DNA of 64,000 nt, from assembly GCA_964016885.1 (NCBI GenBank), contig OZ024746.1, positions 682,001 through 746,000 of the forward strand, given 5' to 3'. This DNA is from Eledone cirrhosa (Eukaryota). A program made the translations under genes and the position numbers. Of the stretch, positions 10,119-25,100 are shown piece after piece; position 1 is the first letter of the stretch, and each line of letters begins with the position of its first letter. Below the pieces are notes generated by a model that was given only the letters and a program-made list of their open reading frames with translations, was not told where the DNA came from and searched no databases.

Positions 10119-13100
10119 AGATGGAAATAATATCTGTTATATTAGCAGAGAACAATGGAAGGATATTTGAGACAGAAATAATATCTCGTATATTAGGAGA
10201 GAACTGTGGAAGGATATTCGAGACAGAAATAATATCTGTTATATTAGGAGAGAACTATGGAAGGATATTTGAGACAGAAATAATATCTGTTATATTAGGA
10301 GAGAACTGTGGAAGGGTATTTGAGACAGAAATAATATCTTTTATATTAGGAGAGAACTGTGGAAGGGTATTTGAGACAGAAATAATATCTGTTATATTAG
10401 GAGAGAATAATGGAAGGATATTTGAGACAGAAATTATATCTGTTATATTAGGAGAGAACAATGGAAGGATATTTGAGACAGAAATAATATCTGTTATATT
10501 AGCAGAGAACTGTGGAAGGATATTTGAGACAGAAATAATATCTGTTATATTAGGAGAGAATAATGGAAGGATATTTGAGACAGAAATAATATCTGTTATA
10601 TTAGGAGAGAACTGTGGAAGGATATTTGAGACAGAAATAATATCTGTTATGTTAGGAGAGAACTGTGGAAGGATATTTGAGACAGAAATAATATCTGTTA
10701 TATTAGGAGAGAACAATGGAAGGATATTTGAGACAGAAATAATATCTGTTATATTAGCAGAGAACTGTGGAAGGATATTTGAGACAGAAATAATATCTGT
10801 TATATTAGGAGAGAATAATGGAAGGATATTTGAGACAGAAATAATATCTGTTATATTAGCAGAGAACTGTGGAAGGATATTTGAGACAGAAATAATATCT
10901 CTTATATTAGGAGAGAACAATGGAAGGATATTTGAGACAGAAATAATATCTGTTATATTAGCAGAGAACTGTGGAAGGATATTTGAGACAGAAATAATAT
11001 CTGTTATATTAGGAGAGAATAATGGAAGGATATTTGAGACAGAAATAATATCTGTTATATTAGGAGAGAACTGTGGAAGGATATTTGAGACAGAAATAAT
11101 ATCTGTTATGTTAGGAGAGAACTGTGGAAGGATATTTGAGACAGAAATAATATCTGTTATGTTAGGAGAGAACTGTGGAAGGATATTTGAGACAGAAATA
11201 ATATCTGTTATGTTAGGAGAGAACTGTGGAAGGATATTTGAGACAGAAATAATATCTGTTATATTAGGAGAGAACTGTGGAAGGATATTTGAGACAGAAA
11301 TAATATCTGTTATATTAGGAGAGAACTGTGGAAGGATATTTGAGACAGAAATAATATCTGTTATGTTAGGAGAGAACTGTGGAAGGATATTTGAGACAGA
11401 AATAATATCTGTTATGTTAGGAGAGAACTGTGGAAGGGTATTTGAGACAGAAATAATATCTGTTATATTAGGAGAGAATAATGGAAGGGTATTTGAGACA
11501 GAAATAATATCTGTTATATTAGGAGAGAATAATGGAAGGATATTTGAGACAGAAATAATATCTGTTATATTAGGAGAGAACTGTGGAAGGGTATTTGAGA
11601 CAGAAATAATATCTGTTATATTAGCAGAGAACTGTGGAAGGATATTTGAGACAGAAATAATATCTGTTATATTAGGAGAGAACTGTGGAAGGATATTTGA
11701 GACAGAAATAATATCTGTTATATTAGGAGAGAACAGTGGAAGGATATTTGAGACAGAAATAATATCTGTTATATTAGGAGAGAACAATGGAAGGATATTT
11801 GAGACAGAAATAATATCTGTTATATTATAATATATATTTATATTATAATATATTTGAGACAGAAATAAGAGAACTGTGGAAGGATATTTGAGACAGAAAT
11901 AATAGCTGTTATATTATAATATATATTTATATTATAATATATTTGAGACAGAAATAAGAGAACAATGGAAGGATATTTGAGACAGAAATAACATCTGTTA
12001 TATTAGGAGAGAATAATGGAAGGATATTTGTGACAGAAATAATATCTCTTATATTAGGAGAGAACTGTGGAAGGATATTTGAGACAGAAATAATATCTGT
12101 TATATTAGGAGAGAATAATGGAAGGATATTTGAGACAGAAATAATATCTCTTATATTAGGAGAGAACTGTGGAAGGATATTTGAGACAGAAATAATATCT
12201 GTTATATTAGGAGAGAACAATGGAAGGATATTTGAGACAGAAATAATATCTGTTATATTAGGAGAGAACAATGGAAGGATATTTGAGACAGAAATAATAT
12301 CTGTTATATTAGGAGAGAACTGTGGAAGGGTATTTGAGACAGAAATAATATCTGTTATATTAGGAGAGAACAATGGAAGGATATTTGAGACAGAAATAAT
12401 ATCTGTTATATTAGGAGAGAACAATGGAAGGATATTTGAGACAGAAATAATATCTGTTATATTAGGAGAGAACTGTGGAAGGATATTTGAGACAGAAATA
12501 ATATCTGTTATATTAGGAGAGAACTGTGGAAGGGTATTTGAGACAGAAATAATATCTCTTATATTAGGAGATAACAATGGAAGGATATTTGAGACAGAAA
12601 TAATATCTGTTATATTACGAGAGAACAATGGAAGGATATTTGAGACAGAAATAATATCTGTTATATTAGGAGAGAACAATGGAAGGATATTTGAGACAGA
12701 AATAATATCTGTTATATTAGGAGAGAACTTTGGAAGGATATTTGAGACAGAAATAATATCTGTTATATTAGGAGAGAACTGTGGAAGGGTATTTGAGACA
12801 GAAATAATATCTGTTATATTAGGAGAGAACAATGGAAGGATATTTGAGACAGAAATAATATCTGTTATATTAGGAGAGAACTGTGGAAGGATATTTGAGA
12901 CAGAAATAATATCTGTTATATTAGGAGAGAACAATGGAAGGATATTTGAGACAGAAATAATATCTGTTACATTAGGAGAGAACTGTGGAAGGATATTTGA
13001 GACAGAAATAATATCTGTTATATTAGGAGAGAACTGTGGAAGGATATTTGAGACAGAAATAACATCTGTTATATTAGGAGAGAACTGTGGAAGGGTATTT

Positions 13101-16100
13101 GACACAGAAATAATAGCTGTTATATTAGGAGAGAACAATAGAAGGATATTTGAGACAGAAATAATATCTGTTATATTAGGAGAGAATAATGGAAGGATAT
13201 TTGAGACAGAAATAATATCTGTTATATTAGGAGAGAACAATCGAAGGATATTTGAGACAGAAATAATATCTGTTATATTAGGAGAGAACAATGGAAGGAT
13301 ATTTGAGACAGAAATAATATCTGTTATATTAGGAGAGAACTGTGGAAGGATATTTGAGACAGAAATAACATCTGTTATATTAGGAGAGAACAATGGAAGG
13401 ATATTTGAGACAGAAATAATATCTGTTATATTAGGAGAGAACAATGGAAGGATATTTGAGACAGAAATAATATCTGTTATATTAGGAGAGAACTGTGGAA
13501 GGATATTTGAGACAGAAATAACATCTGTTATATTAGGAGAGAACTGTGGAAGGGTATTTGACACAGAAATAATAGCTGTTATATTAGGAGAGAACAATAG
13601 AAGGATATTTGAGACAGAAATAATATCTGTTATATTAGGAGAGAATAATGGAAGGATATTTGAGACAGAAATAATATCTGTTATATTAGGAGAGAACTGT
13701 GGAAGGATATTTGAGACAGAAATAATATCTCTTATATTAGGAGAGAACTGTGGAAGGATATTTGAGACAGAAATAATAGCTGTTATATTAGGAGAGAACA
13801 ATAGAAGGATATTTGAGACAGAAATAATATCTGTTATATTAGGAGAGAACAATAGAAGGATATTTGAGACAGAAATAATAGCTGTTATATTAGGAGAGAA
13901 CAATAGAAGGATATTTGAGACAGAAATAATATCTGTTATATTAGGAGAGAACTGTGGAAGGATATTTGACACAGAAATAATAGCTGTTATATTAGGAGAG
14001 AACAATAGAAGGATATTTGAGACAGAAATAATATCTGTTATATTAGGAGAGAATAATGGAAGGATATTTGAGACAGAAATAATATCTCTTATATTAGGAG
14101 AGAACTGTGGAAGGATATTTGAGACAGAAATAATATCTCTTATATTAGGAGAGAACTGTGGAAGGATATTTGAGACAGAAATAATATCTCTTATATTAGG
14201 AGAGAACTGTGGAAGGGTATTTGACACAGAAATAATAGCTGTTATATTAGGAGAGAACAATAGAAGGATATTTGAGACAGAAATAATATCTGTTATATTA
14301 GGAGAGAATAATGGAAGGATATTTGAGACAGAAATAATATCTGTTATATTAGGAGAGAACAGTGGAAGGATATTTGAGGCAGAAATAATATCTGTTATAT
14401 TAGGAGAGAACTGTGGAAGGATATTTGAGACAGAAATAATATCTGTTATATTAGGAGAGAATAATGAAAGGATATTTGAGACAGAAATAATATCTGTTAT
14501 ATTAGGAGAGAACTGTGGAAGGATATTTGAGACAGAAATAATATCTGTTATATTAGGAGAGAACTGTGGAAGGATATTTGAGACAGAAATAATATCTGTT
14601 ATATTAGGAGAGAACTGTGGAAGGGTATTTGAGACAGAAATAATATCTGTTATATTAGGAGAGAACTGTGGAAGGGTATTTGAGACAGAAATAATATCTG
14701 TTATATTAGGAGAGAACAATGGAAGGATATTTGAGACAGAAATAATATCTGTTATATTAGGAGAGAACAATGGAAGGATATTTGAGACAGAAATAATATC
14801 TGTTATATTAGGACAGAATAATGGAAGGATATTTGAGACAGAAATAATATCTGTTATATTAGGAGAGAACAATGGAAGGATATTTGAGACAGAAATAATA
14901 TCTGTTATATTAGGAGAGAACAATGGAAGGATATTTGAGACAGAAATAATATCTGTTATATTAGGAGAGAACTGTGGAAGGATATTTGAGACAGAAATAA
15001 TATCTCTTATATTAGGAGAGAACAGTGGAAGGATATTTGAGACAGAAATAATATCTGTTATGTTAGGAGAGAATAATGGAAGGATATTTGAGACAGAAAT
15101 AATATCTGTTATATTAGGAGAGAATAATGGAAGGATATTTGAGACAGAAATAATATCTGTTATATTAGGAGAGAACTGTGGAAGGGTATTTGAGACAGAA
15201 ATAATATCTGTTATATTAGGAGAGAATAATGGAAGGGTATTTGAGACAGAAATAATATCTGTTATATTAGGAGAGAACAATGGAAGGGTATTTGAGACAG
15301 AAATAATATCTGTTATATTAGCAGAGAACAATGGAAGGATATTTGAGACAGAAATAATATCTGTTATATTAGGAGAGAACTGTGGAAGGATATTTGAGAC
15401 AGAAATAATATCTGTTATATTAGGAGAGAATAATGGAAGGATATTTGAGACAGAAATAATATCTCTTATATTAGGAGAGAACTGTGGAAGGATATTTGAG
15501 ACAGAAATAATATCTGTTATATTAGGAGAGGACAATGGAAGGGTATTTGAGACAGAAATAATATCTGTTATATTAGGAGAGAACAATGGAAGGATATTTG
15601 AGACAGAAATAATATCTCTTATATTAGGAGAGAACTGTGGAAGGATATTTGAGACAGAAATAATATCTGTTATATTAGGAGAGAACAATGGAAGGATATT
15701 TGAGACAGAAATAATATCTCTTATATTAGGAGAGAACTGTGGAAGGATATTTGAGACAGAAATAATATCTGTTATATTAGGAGAGGACAATGGAAGGGTA
15801 TTTGAGACAGAAATAATATCTGTTATATTAGGAGAGAACTGTGGAAGGATATTTGAGACAGAAATAATATCTGTTATATTAGAAGAGAACAATGGAAGGA
15901 TATTTGAGACAGAAATAATATCTGTTATATTAGCAGAGAACAATGGAAGGATATTTGAGACAGAAATAATATCTGTTATATTAGGAGAGAACTGTGGAAG
16001 GGTATTTGAGACAGAAATAATATCTGTTATATTAGGAGAGAATAATGGAAGGGTATTTGAGACAGAAATAATATCTGTTATATTAGGAGAGAACTGTGGA

Positions 16101-19100
16101 AGGATATTTGTGACAGAAATAATATCTCTTATATTAGGAGAGAACTGTGGAAGGATATTTGAGACAGAAATAATATCTGTTATATTAGGAGAGAACTGTG
16201 GAAGGATATTTGTGACAGAAATAATAGCTGTTATATTAGGAGAGAACTGTGGAAGGATATTTGTGACAGAAATAATATCTGTTATATTAGGAGAGAACAA
16301 TGGAAGGATATTTGTGACAGAAATAATAGCTGTTATATTAGGAGAGAACAATGGAAGGATATTTGTGACAGAAATAATAGCTGTTATATTAGGAGAGAAC
16401 TGTGGAAGGGTATTTGAGACAGAAATAATATCTGTTATATTAGGAGAACTGTGGAAGGATATTTGAGACAGAAATAATATCTGTTATATTAGGAGAGAAC
16501 TGTGGAAGGATATTTGTGACAGAAATAATAGCTGTTATATTAGGAGAGAACTGTGGAAGGATATTTGTGACAGAAATAATATCTCTTATATTAGGAGAGA
16601 ACTGTGGAAGGATATTTGAGACAGAAATAATATCTGTTATATTAGGAGAACTGTGGAAGGATATTTGAGACAGAAATAATAGCTGTTATATTAGGAGAGA
16701 ACTGTGGAAGGATATTTGAGACAGAAATAATATCTGTTATAATTAGGAGAGAACTGTGGAAGGATATTTGAGACAGAAATAATATCTGTTATATTAGGAG
16801 AGAACTGTGGAAGGGTATTTGAGACAGAAATAATATCTGTTATATTAGGAGAGAACTGTGGAAGGATATTTGAGACAGAAATAATATCTGTTATATTAGG
16901 AGAGAACAATGGAAGGATATTTGAGACAGAAATAATATCTGTTATATTAGGAGAGAACAATGGAAGGATATTTGAGACAGAAATAATATCTGTTATATTA
17001 GGAGAGAACTGTGGAAGGATATTTGAGACAGAAATAATATCTGTTATATTAGGAGAGAACAATGGAAGGATATTTGTGACAGAAATAATATCTGTTATAT
17101 TAGGAGAGAACAATGGAAGGATATTTGTGACAGAAATAATAGCTGTTATATTAGGAGAGAACTGTGGAAGGATATTTGTGACAGAAATAATATCTCTTAT
17201 ATTAGGAGAGAACTGTGGAAGGATATTTGAGACAGAAATAATATCTGTTATATTAGGAGAACTGTGGAAGGATATTTGAGACAGAAATAATAGCTGTTAT
17301 ATTAGGAGAGAACTGTGGAAGGATATTTGAGACAGAAATAATATCTGTTATATTAGGAGAGAACTGTGGAAGGATATTTGAGACAGAAATAATATCTGTT
17401 ATATTAGGAGAGAACTGTGGAAGGGTATTTGAGACAGAAATAATATCTGTTATATTAGGAGAGAACTGTGGAAGGATATTTGAGACAGAAATAATATCTG
17501 TTATATTAGGAGAGAACAATGGAAGGATATTTGAGACAGAAATAATATCTGTTATATTAGGAGAGAACAATGGAAGGATATTTGAGACAGAAATAATATC
17601 TGTTATATTAGGAGAGAATAATGGAAGGATATTTGAGGCAGAAATAATATCTGTTATATTAGGAGAGAACAGTGGAAGGATATTTGAGACAGAAATAATA
17701 TCTGTTATATTAGGAGAGAACTGTGGAAGGGTATTTGAGACAGAAATAATATCTGTTATATTAAGAGAGAACAATGGAAGGATATTTGAGACAGAAATAA
17801 TATCTGTTATATTAGGAGAGAACAATGGAAGGATATTTGAGACAGAAATAATATCTGTTATATTAGGAGAGAACAATGGAAGGATATTTGAGACAGAAAT
17901 AATATCTGTTATATTAGGAGAGAACTGTGGAAGGATATTTGAGACAGAAATAATATCTGTTATATTAGGAGAGAACAATGGAAGGATATTTGAGACAGAA
18001 ATAATATCTGTTATATTAGGAGAGAACTGTGGAAGGATATTTGAGACAGAAATAATATGTTATATTAGGAGAGAACTGTGGAAGGGTATTTGAGACAGAA
18101 ATAATATCTGTTATATTAGGAGAGAACTGTGGAAGGATATTTGAGACAGAAATAATATCTGTTATATTAGGAGAGAACAATGGAAGGATATTTGAGACAG
18201 AAATAATATCTGTTATATTAAGAGAGAACAATGGAAGGATATTTGAGACAGAAATAATATCTGTTATATTAGGAGAGAACTGTGGAAGGATATTTGAGAC
18301 AGAAATAATATCTGTTATATTAGGAGAGAATAATGGAAGGATATTTGAGACAGAAATAATATCTGTTATATTAGGAGAGAACAATGGAAGGATATTTGAG
18401 ACAGAAATAATATCTGTTATATTAGGAGAGAACTGTGGAAGGATATTTGAGACAGAAATAATATCTGTTATATTAGGAGAGAATAATGGAAGGATATTTG
18501 AGACAGAAATAATATCTGTTATATTAGGAGAGAACTGTGGAAGGGTATTTGAGACAGAAATAATATCTGTTATATTAGGAGAGAATAATGGAAGGATATT
18601 TGAGACAGAAATAATATCTGTTATATTAGGAGAGAACAATGGAAGGATATTTGAGACAGAAATAATATCTGTTATATTAGGAGAGAACTGTGGAAGGGTA
18701 TTTGAGACAGAAATAACATCTGTTATATTAGGAGAGAATAATGGAAGGATATTTGAGACAGAAATAATATCTGTTATATTAGGAGAGAACTGTGGAAGGA
18801 TATTTGAGACAGAAATAATATCTGTTATATTAGGAGAACTGTGGAAGGGTATTTGAGACAGAAATAATATCTGTTATATTAGGAGAGAACTGTGGAAGGA
18901 TATTTGAGACAGAAATAATATCTGTTATATTAGGAGAGAACAATGGAAGGGTATTTGAGACAGAAATAATATCTGTTATATTAGGAGAGAATAATGGAAG
19001 GATATTTGAGACAGAAATAATATCTGTTATATTAGGAGAGAACTGTGGAAGGATATTTGAGACAGAAATAATATCTGTTATATTAGGAGAGAACTGTGGA

Positions 19101-22100
19101 AGGATATTTGAGACAGAAATAATATCTGTTATATTAGGAGAGAACTGTGGAAGGATATTTGAGACAGAAATAATATCTGTTATATTAGGAGAACTGTGGA
19201 AGGATATTTGAGACAGAAATAATAGCTGTTATATTAGGAGAGAACTGTGGAAGGATATTTGAGACAGAAATAATATCTGTTATATTAGGAGAGAACTGTG
19301 GAAGGATATTTGAGACAGAAATAATATCTGTTATATTAGGAGAGAATAATGGAAGGATATTTGAGACAGAAATAATATCTGTTATATTAGCAGAGAACTG
19401 TGGAAGGATATTTGAGACAGAAATAATATCTGTTATATTAGGAGAGAACTGTGGAAGGATATTTGAGGCAGAAATAATATCTGTTATATTAGGAGAGAAT
19501 AATGGAAGGATATTTGAGACAGAAATAATATCTGTTATATTAGGAGAGAACTGTGGAAGGATATTTGAGACAGAAATAATATCTCTTATATTAGGAGAGA
19601 ACTGTGGAAGGATATTTGAGACAGAAATAATATCTGTTATATTAGGAGAGAACAGTGGAAGGATATTTGAGACAGAAATAATATCTGTTATATTAGGAGA
19701 GAACTGTGGAAGGATATTTGAGACAGAAATAATATCTGTTATATTAGGAGAGAACTGTGGAAGGGTATTTGAGACAGAAATAATATCTGTTATATTAGGA
19801 GAGAACAATGGAAGGATATTTGAGACAGAAATAATATCTGTTATATTAGGAGAGAACAATGGAAGGATATTTGAGACAGAAATAATATCTGTTATATTAG
19901 GAGAGAACTGTGGAAGGATATTTGAGACAGAAATAATATCTGTTACATTAGGAGAGAACTGTGGAAGGATATTTGAGACAGAAATAATATCTGTTATATT
20001 AGGAGAGAACAATGGAAGGATATTTGAGACAGAAATAATATCTGTTATATTAGGAGAGAATAATGGAAGGATATTTGAGACAGAAATAATATCTGTTATA
20101 TTAGGAGAGAACTGTGGAAGGATATTTGAGACAGAAATAATATCTGTTATATTAGGAGAGAACTATGGAAGGATATTTGAGACAGAAATAATATCTGTTA
20201 TATTAGGAGAGAACTGTGGAAGGATATTTGAGACAGAAATAATATCTGTTATATTAGGAGAGAACTATGGAAGGATATTTGAGACAGAAATAATATCTGT
20301 TATATTAGGAGAGAACTGTGGAAGGATATTTGAGACAGAAATAATATCTGTTATATTAGGAGAGAACTGTGGAAGGATATTTGAGACAGAAATAATATCT
20401 GTTATATTAGGAGAGAACTGTGGAAGGATATTTGAGACAGAAATAATATCTGTTATATTAGGAGAGAACTGTGGAAGGATATTCGAGACAGAAATAATAT
20501 CTGTTATATTAGGAGAGAACTATGGAAGGATATTTGAGACAGAAATAATATGTTATATTAGGAGAGAACTGTGGAAGGATATTTGAGACAGAAATAATAT
20601 CTGTTACATTAGGAGAGAACAATGGAAGGATATTTGAGACAGAAATAATATGTTATATTAGGAGAGAACTATGGAAGGATATTTGAGACAGAAATAATAT
20701 GTTATATTAGGAGAGAACTGTGGAAGGATATTTGAGACAGAAATAATATGTTATATTAGGAGAGAACTGTGGAAGGATATTTGAGACAGAAATAATATGT
20801 TATATTAGGAGAGAACTGTGGAAGGATATTTGAGACAGAAATAATATGTTATATTAGGAGAGAACTGTGGAAGGATATTTGAGACAGAAATAACATCTGT
20901 TATATTAGGAGAGAATAATGGAAGGATATTTGAGACAGAAATAATATCTGTTATATTAGGAGAGAACAATGGAAGGATATTTGAGACAGAAATAATATCT
21001 CGTATATTAGGAGAGAACTGTGGAAGGATATTCGAGACAGAAATAATATCTGTTATATTAGGAGAGAACTATGGAAGGATATTTGAGACAGAAATAATAT
21101 CTCGTATATTAGGAGAGAACTGTGGAAGGATATTTGAGACAGAAATAATATGTTATATTAGCAGAGAACTGTGGAAGGATATTTGAGACAGAAATAATAT
21201 CTGTTATATTAGGAGAGAATAATGGAAGGATATTTGAGACAGAAATAATATCTGTTATATTAGGAGAGAACTGTGGAAGGATATTTGAGACAGAAATAAT
21301 ATCTCTTATATTAGGAGAGAACTGTGGAAGGATATTTGAGACAGAAATAATATCTGTTATATTAGGAGAGAACAGTGGAAGGATATTTGAGACAGAAATA
21401 ATATCTGTTATATTAGGAGAGAACTGTGGAAGGATATTTGAGACAGAAATAATATCTGTTATATTAGGAGAGAACTGTGGAAGGGTATTTGAGACAGAAA
21501 TAATATCTGTTATATTAGGAGAGAACAATGGAAGGATATTTGAGACAGAAATAATATCTGTTATATTAGGAGAGAACAATGGAAGGATATTTGAGACAGA
21601 AATAATATCTGTTATATTAGGAGAGAACTGTGGAAGGATATTTGAGACAGAAATAATATCTGTTACATTAGGAGAGAACTGTGGAAGGATATTTGAGACA
21701 GAAATAATATCTGTTATATTAGGAGAGAACAATGGAAGGATATTTGAGACAGAAATAATATCTGTTATATTAGGAGAGAATAATGGAAGGATATTTGAGA
21801 CAGAAATAATATCTGTTATATTAGGAGAGAACTGTGGAAGGGTATTTGAGACAGAAATAATATCTCTTATATTAGGAGAGAATAATAGAAGGATATTTGA
21901 GACAGAAATAATATCTGTTATATTAGGAGAGAACAATGGAAGGATATTTGAGACAGAAATAATATCTGTTATATTAGGAGAGAACTGTGGAAGGGTATTT
22001 GAGACAGAAATAATATCTCTTATATTAGGAGAGAATAATAGAAGGATATTTGAGACAGAAATAATATCTGTTATATTAGGAGAGAATAATGGAAGGGTAT

Positions 22101-25100
22101 TTGAGACAGAAATAATATCTCTTATATTAGGAGAGAACAATGGAAGGATATTTGAGACAGAAATAATATCTGTTATATTAGGAGAGAACTGTGGAAGGGT
22201 ATTTGAGACAGAAATAATAGCTGTTATATTAGGAGAGAATAATAGAAGGATATTTGAGACAGAAATAATATCTGTTATATTAGGAGAGAACTGTGGAAGG
22301 ATATTTGAGGCAGAAATAATATCTGTTATATTAGGAGAGAACTGTGGAAGGATATTTGAGACAGAAATAATATCTGTTATATTAGGAGAGAACTGTGGAA
22401 GGGTATTTGAGACAGAAATAATATCTGTTATATTAGGAGAGAACTGTGGAAGGATATTTGAGACAGAAATAATATGTTATATTAGGAGAGAACTGTGGAA
22501 GGATATTTGAGACAGAAATAATATCTCGTATATTAGGAGAGAACTGTGGAAGGATATTCGAGACAGAAATAATATCTGTTATATTAGGAGAGAACTATGG
22601 AAGGATATTTGAGACAGAAATAATATCTCGTATATTAGGAGAGAACTGTGGAAGGATATTTGAGACAGAAATAATATCTGTTATATTAGGAGAGAACTGT
22701 GGAAGGATATTTGAGACAGAAATAATATCTGTTACATTAGGAGAGAACAATGGAAGGATATTTGAGACAGAAATAATATGTTATATTAGGAGAGAACTAT
22801 GGAAGGATATTTGAGACAGAAATAATATGTTATATTAGGAGAGAACTGTGGAAGGATATTTGAGACAGAAATAATATCTGTTATATTAGGAGAGAACTAT
22901 GGAAGGATATTTGAGACAGAAATAATATGTTATATTAGGAGAGAACTGTGGAAGGGTATTTGAGACAGAAATAATATGTTATATTAGGAGAGAACTGTGG
23001 AAGGATATTTGAGACAGAAATAACATCTGTTATATTAGGAGAGAACTGTGGAAGGATATTTGAGACAGAAATAATATCTGTTATATTAGGAGAGAACTAT
23101 GGAAGGATATTTGAGACAGAAATAATATCTGTTATATTAGGAGAGAACTATGGAAGGATATTTGAGACAGAAATAATATGTTATATTAGGAGAGAACTGT
23201 GGAAGGATATTTGAGACAGAAATAATATGTTATATTAGGAGAGAACTGTGGAAGGATATTTGAGACAGAAATAACATCTGTTATATTAGGAGAGAACAAT
23301 GGAAGGATATTTGAGACAGAAATAATATCTGTTATATTAGGAGAGAACTGTGGAAGGATATTTGAGACAGAAATAATATCTGTTATATTAGGAGAGAACT
23401 GTGGAAGGATATTTGAGACAGAAATAATATCTGTTACATTAGGAGAGAACTGTGGAAGGATATTTGAGACAGAAATAATATGTTATATTAGGAGAGAACT
23501 GTGGAAGGATATTTGAGACAGAAATAATATGTTATATTAGGAGAGAACTGTGGAAGGATATTTGAGACAGAAATAATATGTTATATTAGGAGAGAACTGT
23601 GGAAGGATATTTGAGACAGAAATAACATCTGTTATATTAGGAGAGAATAATGGAAGGATATTTGAGACAGAAATAATATCTGTTATATTAGGAGAGAACA
23701 ATGGAAGGATATTTGAGACAGAAATAATATCTCGTATATTAGGAGAGAACTGTGGAAGGATATTCGAGACAGAAATAATATCTGTTATATTAGGAGAGAA
23801 CTGTGGAAGGATATTTGAGACAGAAATAATATCTGTTACATTAGGAGAGAACAATGGAAGGATATTTGAGACAGAAATAATATGTTATATTAGGAGAGAA
23901 CTATGGAAGGATATTTGAGACAGAAATAATATGTTATATTAGGAGAGAACTGTGGAAGGATATTTGAGACAGAAATAATATCTGTTATATTAGGAGAGAA
24001 CTATGGAAGGATATTTGAGACAGAAATAATATGTTATATTAGGAGAGAACTGTGGAAGGGTATTTGAGACAGAAATAATATGTTATATTAGGAGAGAACT
24101 GTGGAAGGATATTTGAGACAGAAATAATATGTTATATTAGGAGAGAACTGTGGAAGGATATTTGAGACAGAAATAATATGTTATATTAGGAGAGAACTGT
24201 GGAAGGATATTTGAGACAGAAATAACATCTGTTATATTAGGAGAGAATAATGGAAGGATATTTGAGACAGAAATAATATCTCGTATATTAGGAGAGAACT
24301 GTGGAAGGATATTCGAGACAGAAATAATATCTGTTATATTAGGAGAGAACTGTGGAAGGATATTTGAGACAGAAATAATATGTTATATTAGGAGAGAACT
24401 GTGGAAGGATATTTGAGACAGAAATAATATGTTATATTAGGAGAGAACAATGGAAGGATATTTGAGACAGAAATAATATGTTATATTAGGAGAGAACAAT
24501 GGAAGGATATTTGAGACAGAAATAATATGTTATATTAGGAGAGAACTGTGGAAGGATATTTGAGACAGAAATAATATGTTATATTAGGAGAGAACTGTGG
24601 AAGGATATTCGAGACAGAAATAATATCTGTTATATTAGGAGAGAACTGTGGAAGGATATTCGAGACAGAAATAATATCTGTTATATTAGGAGAGAACTGT
24701 GGAAGGGTATTTGAGACAGAAATAATATCTGTTATATTAGGAGAGAATAATGGAAGGGTATTTGAGACAGAAATAATCTCTGTTATATTAGGAGAGAACA
24801 ATGGAAGGGTATTTGAGACAGAAATAATATCTGTTATATTAGGAGAGAATAATGGAAGGGTATTTGAGACAGAAATAATATCTGTTATATTAGGAGAGAA
24901 CTGTGGAAGGGTATTTGAGACAGAAATAATATCTGTTATATTAGGAGAGAACAATGGAAGGATATTTGAGACAGAAATAATATGTTATATTAGGAGAGAA
25001 CTGTGGAAGGATATTCGAGACAGAAATAATATCTGTTATATTAGGAGAGAACTGTGGAAGGATATTTGAGACAGAAATAATATCTGTTATATTAGGAGAG

